From Polyangiaceae bacterium (GTDB lineage: Bacteria > Myxococcota_A > Polyangia > Polyangiales > Polyangiaceae), in NCBI GenBank assembly GCA_050287085.1, contig JBNKBE010000016.1, forward strand, positions 86,541 through 150,540: a DNA stretch of 64,000 nucleotides, given 5' to 3'. Each line of letters starts with the position of its first letter. Positions within the stretch are counted from its first letter, which is position 1. The position numbers were made by a program, and so were the translations under genes. The notes beneath the pieces were generated by a model. That model ran no database searches. It saw nothing but the letters and a program-made list of their open reading frames with translations, and was not told the origin of the DNA. Shown one piece after another: positions 58,219 to 64,000 of this stretch.

Positions 58219-59280
58219 ATGACTGACTCATCAGTAAGTGCGCCCTCGGGCGCTCCCACTCGCGTCCTCGTTCTCGGCGCCACCGGCTACGTCGGCCGCA
58301 ACACGCTTGCCGCTTTGCGGCGTGCTCCCAACGCCGAGGTCATCGTCGGCTGTCGCGACGCGAGCCGTCTCGGGCCGAGCGTCGGCGACTGCGAAGTGCG
58401 CGTCGGCGACCTGCGCGATCCGCACTACCGGTCGCGCGTTTTTCGCGGCGTCGACGTGGTCTGCTTCGCCAACGCTTGGAGCGCTCTCTATGGGCGTGCC
58501 AAGCAGTCTCGAGCCGACTTTCTCCAGCCGACGTTGGAGGGAATGACGGCAGCTGCCAACGCCGGCGTCAGGCGCATTCTATTCACGAGCGCGATCGACG
58601 TTGTCAACGTCGCCCGCAGCCGCAGCGCGAGCGTGCGTCGCGACGTCGCCAAAGTTTGGCCCCATCTCGGGAACGTGATCCTGATCGAGCAGCACATGAA
58701 GGCGCTGGCCGCGCGTGGGCTCACCACGGCCGCCATGCGCTGCGGGGCGTTCACGGGGCCAGGCGGCACTTTGGGCATCTTGCCGGTGCTCCTGCCGCGG
58801 CTTAGGGCTCGCATGGTGCCCTACATCGAGGGCGGCCAGATCCCCATGCGACTGATCGACGGGCGTGACGTCGGCGAGGCTTTCCGCGTTGCCGCGCTCG
58901 CGCCGCTCGAAGCAGGCGCACATCACTTCGACGTGGCCCGAGATGACTCGCCGTCGTTCTTGCAGCTACTACGTTTGATCCATGCGCAGTTTGGGGTGCC
59001 TCTGCCTTGGTTCTCGGTGTCGTTCGACATGGCCTACGGATTTGCGGCCTTCGCCGAGGCTCTGTCGCACTTGACGCCTTTCGACCCGCTGCTCACGCGC
59101 AGCATCATATTTCTGTCTGAGCCCGCCCCGGTTAACACGGAGCCGCTGAAGGCGCTTGGTTTCCGTCCTGCCTACGCGTGGCAGGACTCCGTACGTGAGC
59201 AGGTTGCCGAGATTCTGGATAAGCGCATTCCCAGCCGCCTGATCACGACTTCGACCCGGATGTTGCCAGCTCCGCGCTGA
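58219..59280 (+). CDS. NAD(P)-dependent epimerase/dehydratase (atypical SDR)
   Basis: VLVLGATGYVG, GDLRD, AGVRRILFTS, LIDGRDVGEA. Confidence 0.85.
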   Translation: MTDSSVSAPSGAPTRVLVLGATGYVGRNTLAALRRAPNAEVIVGCRDASRLGPSVGDCEVRVGDLRDPHYRSRVFRGVDVVCFANAWSALYGRAKQSRADFLQPTLEGMTAAANAGVRRILFTSAIDVVNVARSRSASVRRDVAKVWPHLGNVILIEQHMKALAARGLTTAAMRCGAFTGPGGTLGILPVLLPRLRARMVPYIEGGQIPMRLIDGRDVGEAFRVAALAPLEAGAHHFDVARDDSPSFLQLLRLIHAQFGVPLPWFSVSFDMAYGFAAFAEALSHLTPFDPLLTRSIIFLSEPAPVNTEPLKALGFRPAYAWQDSVREQVAEILDKRIPSRLITTSTRMLPAPR

Positions 59281-59293
59281 TGGCATCGAACCC

Positions 59294-59899
59294 TTGGAGA
59301 ACACCATGACTCACTCAAACCGACTATCCGTAGGGACTCAAGCTCCCGACTTCGATGTGCAGGACGCCTACGGGCGGGCTATTCGCCTTCGGGACTATCG
59401 AGGAAAGCGCCTGCTCTTGTCCTTCTACCGCTTTGCCAGCTGCCCGTTCTGCAATCTGCGCGTGCACCGCTTGCTGCAGCAGCGTGATTCCTTCGCGCGG
59501 CGCAACCTCGAGATGGTGGCCGTGTTCCAATCTGCGCCGGAGCACATTCGCACCCACGTGGGCAAGCAGGACGACCAGCTGCCCATTGCACCGGACCCAG
59601 AGGGTCGGCTGTACGCCGCCTACGGCGTCGAGGCTTCCCAGGCGGCGGTCGTGCGTGCGGCGGTCACACGCATGGGTGACGCGGTCACAGCCTTGGCCAA
59701 GGGTTTTGTGCCGAGCGACATCGACGGCGACATGCGGACCATCCCGGCGGACTTCCTCATCGATGAGCGCGGCGTGATCCAAATCGCCTATTACGGCCGC
59801 GACATCGGTGATCACCTGCCCATCGACCGCATCGAATCGCTCTTGGCGGTCGCGCCGCTCGGCGAGATCGGGCAAAGTGCGCACACGAGCCCGCCATGA
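59294..59899 (+). CDS. Peroxiredoxin-like AhpC/TSA family protein
   Basis: APDF, FYRFASCPFC, DPEGRLYAAYGV, PADFLIDERG; start 59294 or 59306. Confidence 0.85.
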   Translation: MENTMTHSNRLSVGTQAPDFDVQDAYGRAIRLRDYRGKRLLLSFYRFASCPFCNLRVHRLLQQRDSFARRNLEMVAVFQSAPEHIRTHVGKQDDQLPIAPDPEGRLYAAYGVEASQAAVVRAAVTRMGDAVTALAKGFVPSDIDGDMRTIPADFLIDERGVIQIAYYGRDIGDHLPIDRIESLLAVAPLGEIGQSAHTSPP

Positions 59900-60465
59900 C
59901 CGTTTCCGCCCGTGACAAGATCGTTAGCGCAGCGCGCCGCACCTTTTATGAGCGGGGCTACGAGGATACCTCCTTTGCGGACATTGCGAAGGCATCGGGG
60001 GTGCCGAAGGGCAACTTCTACTACCATTTCAAGAGCAAAGCGGAGCTACTGGCTGCAGTCATGCAAGCTCGGGTCGAGTCCGTGGAAGGGGCGTTGCAGG
60101 CCTGGGGGCAAGCCCTCCCAAGCGCTCAAGAACGCCTGCAGCGCTTTGTGCGCATGCTGACGTCCGAGAAGGACGACCTCGTGCGTTTCGGCTGTCCCAT
60201 GGGGTCGCTGCTGGTGGAGCTTGGTAAGAAGCGGCAGCCAGAGCTGCACGAGCAGGCGCGCGCCTTGCTGGACATCTACATCGCTTGGGCTGCGCGCCAG
60301 TTTGCCGAACGCGGGCAAAGCCCCAAGGCCGCGCGAGACCTCGCTGTCCGCCTGCTCAGCCGTTGTCAGGGGGCCGTGCTCGTTGCGCAGGCCTATGGGG
60401 ACAGCAAGCTGCTGGAACGCGAGGTGCGCGACATCGAACGCTGGCTGGCCAGCACCGCGTCTTGA
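59896..60465 (+). CDS. TetR-family regulator (NemR-like)
   Basis: GYEDTSFADIAKASGVPKGNFYYHFKSK, GCPMG..EL; ATGA overlap. Confidence 0.92.
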   Translation: MTVSARDKIVSAARRTFYERGYEDTSFADIAKASGVPKGNFYYHFKSKAELLAAVMQARVESVEGALQAWGQALPSAQERLQRFVRMLTSEKDDLVRFGCPMGSLLVELGKKRQPELHEQARALLDIYIAWAARQFAERGQSPKAARDLAVRLLSRCQGAVLVAQAYGDSKLLEREVRDIERWLASTAS

Positions 60466-60610
60466 CGCGCGGCTGGCCGACGACCCGAGTAGCAACCCTT
60501 GCTCAGCCCGCTGAGAGAGAAGCTCTCGCGCTACTGCGAGCGGGTTTTCGCGCCTCGCTGCGAGATCTCCGCCCGAGTTCCTTGTACACTTGTCCGTCGT
60601 GGCTCGAGTG

Positions 60611-61201
60611 ATGAACCGAACGTGCGCTGCCTTGGGGTTCATCACGGCACTTGTTCTTGCCTCCTCTTCAGAGGCGCAGGAGATCCAACTTAGCGGGCCG
60701 CTCCGGGCAGCGCCCGTGGGTCGTCGCTTGTGGCGGGAGCGGCGCTGGGAGATCGCAGCGGCGTTGGGCTTGCGCCTGTCCGACGAGTCAGCGCCTGGCG
60801 CTTCACTCCTCAGCGAAGTGCGATACTATCCGTTGGATCGGGTTGGGCTGGGACTGGCGGCGGCACACACGCTCCCCCTGGGTGACGCTAGTTCGGGCTC
60901 GTGGGCTCTCCTCGCGGCGCCCGAGCTCGCCGTTCAGCCGCTAGCCGGTAGGTTGTCGTGGTTCGAATACCTGCCCTATGACGTGCACCTCCTCGCCGCG
61001 CCCGCATGGCTTTGGCGCAGCGACGGCGACCGCGACCGACGTGAGCTCGCGACGAGCCTGGGTGTGGGCGTTCGCGTCTTCTGGGCGTCCTCGTTCTCAA
61101 CGTCGCTTGCCTACCGAGCCCTCCGGAGCAGCCCCGTCGCGCACGTGGTCAGTCTCTCGATCAGTGGGTGGCCAAGTGAGAGACGCTGGTCCGACGAGTA
61201 G
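60611..61201 (+). CDS. Putative outer-membrane beta-barrel, myxobacterial GltA/B/H-like N-terminus
   Basis: Signal peptide (SEA|Q), QEIQLSGPLRAAP..RRWEI, PLAGRLSWF..YDVHL, GVGVRVF. Confidence 0.55.
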   Translation: MNRTCAALGFITALVLASSSEAQEIQLSGPLRAAPVGRRLWRERRWEIAAALGLRLSDESAPGASLLSEVRYYPLDRVGLGLAAAHTLPLGDASSGSWALLAAPELAVQPLAGRLSWFEYLPYDVHLLAAPAWLWRSDGDRDRRELATSLGVGVRVFWASSFSTSLAYRALRSSPVAHVVSLSISGWPSERRWSDE

Positions 61202-62063
61202 TGCCTGAGCTGGCCTAACACAGCGTAGCAGCGAGACCTGGCACAACGAGGTTGGAACTCGGGAGCACTGCGCGGGTTGGCGAGGGGCAGTATCGCGCCG
61301 CCGGGCCGCCACCGAGCGCGCTCGGCGGCCCTCAGCCTGTTCCTCACCCAGCCCCGAGCGTCGCGTGCACGCGTCACGACCGGCTACGACCCGCACAAAA
61401 GGCCGACGGCGGCACCGCGCGCTTTGTAGCCACGCACAGTACCGCCGTCGAGCGCCAACCCTACTCACCCACGAGGGGTTGTGGTTGGAGGCAACGCTCG
61501 GCTTAGAGCCTTGCCACACTCCCGAATAGGGTGGCGTTACTAGCTTGTTTCATAGGCTGCGTCCTCCTCCGGCGATGCCGGCGCCGCGGATGATCACGAT
61601 GACTAGGACCTGTGGAGGGTGATCCATGCCGTGGCGTTCATTGGGGTGGGGCGCCGTCGACCGAATTGCTGCTCGTCGACAAGACTGCGGGGCGGATGTC
61701 CTGCTCAGGAGCTGCCGCGTCCGAACCTTGCCGCCGCGCGAGCACTACGGTGCTCGGGTGCCGCGTTGCTGTTGCAGGCCGGTGCTCTGCTTTCGATTGC
61801 CTGACGTCGAGACTATTCGTTTCGAGCTCGCCTTTGAGGCTACGCACAGCAGTCTCGATACTGCTGTGCGCTATGTTTACCAAAGCTGCGTCCAATCGCA
61901 GTCCGGCGTCTGCGGTGAGGTGCAGAACACCAGTCGGACCATTCCGGGGCTACGCCCCTGCAACCCCTCCATTGTGAGTCCACCGTGCCACATGGCAAGC
62001 CCCCAGCGCATCCTGCGGCGATTTTTCTTTCGTCGCGCCGTCCCCGGTGGAGTGCCCCTTGCC

Positions 62064-62426
62064 TCACTGGCGAAGCAACCACAGGACCCGATCGTAGGAG
62101 ATTGCGTAGTGCAGCGTGGTCGCCCCACCGAAGCTGAGCGCTAGCGGGTCGTTGCCGAGATCGGCGATCGCCCACGTCGCGAAGCCGAAAACCGCTAACT
62201 CAATCGCCAGGCGAGCCAACCCAGGCACCGCAATGACGGGCGAGCCACCGCGGCTTGGGTCGTTGGGTACCGCGAAAACGCCCCACGAGGTGGCTGCCAC
62301 CGCCGGTACCCCCAGCATCAAGGCGTAGCGAGACGGCTCTTGCGTCTGCTCGAATCCCCACCAGCCCATCGCGGTCAGCGCCCCCAATTCCAGGGCGAAT
62401 CGCAGCGCTCCATTTGCCGGATGCAT
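62064..62426 (-). CDS. YrdB/DUF2568 family membrane protein
   Basis: NGALRFALEL..WGVFAVPNDPSR..RLAIELAVF; may start upstream at 62627. Confidence 0.8.
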   Translation of the reverse strand: MHPANGALRFALELGALTAMGWWGFEQTQEPSRYALMLGVPAVAATSWGVFAVPNDPSRGGSPVIAVPGLARLAIELAVFGFATWAIADLGNDPLALSFGGATTLHYAISYDRVLWLLRQ

Positions 62427-62709
62427 AGCGGGCGGCGTCACGGGGGCACCGCCCGAGGGGCGGGCACGCTGGGCACGCGCAGGCGCGGGACCTTCGGTCT
62501 GGGCCAAGCCGAGCGACGGCCATCCCATCGTAGCGAACGAACCTAGCGCCAAGAGCCGGCACAGTGTTCGAGTCACACCCAGCCCCGTCCTTGCGAAACG
62601 CTCCGAGCGGCGGCTTCGACTCTTCATTCGTGCACTATACCGTACTGGTGGGCCGATTCCGCACTGGGTGGGCTTTCGGAGTTCGGCTTTGGGTCCTAGT
62701 CCATGTCCC

Positions 62710-63216
62710 ATGACGATAGAAATCGGCAACTCACTTCCCGACGCAACTCTGTTCGAAAGCACCGAATTCGGTGACGCGTGCCCCGTGGCACCAACCCCGG
62801 TGAACGTGCGGGAGGCTGCGCGAGGCAAACGCATCGTGATCTTTGGCTTGCCCGGTGCCTACACCCCGACGTGTTCGGCCAATCACGCCCCTGGCTACGT
62901 CGAAGCCCTCGGACAACTGCAGGCGCAGGGGGTGGACGAAGTGTGGTGCGTCGCAGTCAACGACGGTTTCGTCATGGCTGAGTGGGGACGGGCGCTCGGG
63001 GGGCTGGGGAAGATCCGCTTCTTGGGTGACGGCTCAGCGGAGTTCACTCAGGCGCTGGGGCTCGACGTCAACATCCCGGGGATGGGCATTCGCATGCAGC
63101 GCTGCTCGCTGTTCATCGACGATGGCGTGGTCAAACTTCTGAACATTGAAAAGCCACGCAGCTTCGAGGTTAGCGACGCGACGACGATGCTGAAGCAGTT
63201 GCAGGGCTTGAAGTAG
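62710..63216 (+). CDS. Peroxiredoxin, Prx5 family
   Basis: FGLPGAYTPTCS..H.PGY, CVAVNDGFVMAEW, DGVVKLLNIE. Confidence 0.93.
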   Translation: MTIEIGNSLPDATLFESTEFGDACPVAPTPVNVREAARGKRIVIFGLPGAYTPTCSANHAPGYVEALGQLQAQGVDEVWCVAVNDGFVMAEWGRALGGLGKIRFLGDGSAEFTQALGLDVNIPGMGIRMQRCSLFIDDGVVKLLNIEKPRSFEVSDATTMLKQLQGLK

Positions 63217-63417
63217 CCACGGCCTCCTCGCGGTCGCGGCGTGGGCAGGGAGGTGTTCGGGGCGCCTGGCGAGAGGTCGTGTATTTGTTTCAGAGTAGCT
63301 CCCGCCGACACGTCGCGAAACAACTGACATCGACGCTGCGCGCCGCAACAGGACGTCTCATCGCACCGGCCACTCGCCTGAGCCATAGCGCCGGCGGCTG
63401 TGCTAGCCTCACCCACC

Positions 63418-64000
63418 ATGAAACGCTGTTGGTTCCGGAGCTCCGCGGCCCTCGTCCTGCTCGCCGTCACGGGTGCGTGTGCGGCTCCAAAGGAGAAAGA
63501 CGCGTGTGAGACGGGGTCGGAGCGCTGCGCCTGTTTTGGCAACGGCACGTGTTTCGAGGGATTGACCTGCTTGTCCAACCGCTGCGTCGACGCTGATGGG
63601 TCTGCCGCGACGAACGGGCCTGCGAGCGACAAGGACGCAGGCGACGCCGGCGAGCCGAGCGGCACCGACGGGCGCGGCAGCGCGAGCGCTGAGCCCGGCG
63701 AGAGGGACGCGTCCGGCACCGACGTCGAGCCAGCGACAGGTCCCGACGCTCTCGACGGCCCGGACGCGTCGGCGACGGACGACGGGAACGGGCCGGGGAG
63801 CGATCCGAAGGGCAGCGACGTGAAGAACCCAGGTCCCGACGTCACAGACGCGGATCCCGGGGCTGGCGGGGCTACCGGGGAGCCTTCCGGTCAGGGGGGC
63901 TCGGCGGGAGCTACTTCGAGCGGGGGAGCTACTTCGAGCGGGGGAGCTACTTCGAGCGGGGGGGCTACTTCGAGCGGGGGAGCTACTTCGAGCGGGGGAG
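63418..64000 (+). CDS. Cys-rich lipoprotein, 3'-partial
   Basis: Not in the ORF track. Manual translation MKRCWFRSSAALVLLAVTGAC..CETGSERCACFGNGTCFEGLTCLSNRCV, then an Asp/Gly linker; open to the window end. Confidence 0.8.
   Translation, partial: MKRCWFRSSAALVLLAVTGACAAPKEKDACETGSERCACFGNGTCFEGLTCLSNRCVDADGSAATNGPASDKDAGDAGEPSGTDGRGSASAEPGERDASGTDVEPATGPDALDGPDASATDDGNGPGSDPKGSDVKNPGPDVTDADPGAGGATGEPSGQGGSAGATSSGGATSSGGATSSGGATSSGGATSSGG
63907..64000 (+). repeat. 18-bp coding tandem repeat, at least 5 copies (GGAGCTACTTCGAGCGGG = GATSSG)
   Basis: Read directly; one synonymous change in copy 4; continues past the window end. Confidence 0.95.

Noticed and set aside
61202..62060. ORFs 61612-61977 and 61626-62144
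   Set aside because: No family motifs and conflicting frames; possibly a remnant, not supportable as a CDS.
63907..64000. Repeat array as CRISPR
   Set aside because: Head-to-tail 18-mers with no spacers, in frame within a CDS; no cas genes in the window.

Overview
GC-rich bacterial DNA that looks myxobacterial (probably Polyangiales). This is inferred from the DUF1552/DUF1592-type genes, the many Cys-rich lipoproteins with Gly/Ala/Ser linkers, and a Glt-like beta-barrel. About 50 CDS are present; I saw no rRNA, tRNA, CRISPR array or transposase. The highlight is a seven-gene, largely translationally coupled operon at 27.8-36.9 kb. It encodes a ferritin-like (VioB-domain) protein, a LodA/GoxA CTQ oxidase, its LodB flavoprotein, an aldehyde dehydrogenase, an atypical group IV PLP decarboxylase, a CchA/FxbA-type N-formyltransferase and a divergent argininosuccinate-synthase homologue. 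It reads as an NRPS/PKS-free pathway to a modified amino acid that I cannot match to a described cluster. Other notable items: a LOG-RNB (RNase II/R) fusion, a putatively exported dikinase with glucan-water-dikinase-like domain order, a LysR-dabBA inorganic carbon pump locus, a PAS histidine kinase with a degenerate ATP-binding domain, a 1,560-aa repeat lipoprotein coupled to a beta-barrel, and two frameshifted genes. Two partial genes at the window edges are absent from the ORF track. All family calls come from motif recognition by eye; no database search was run.
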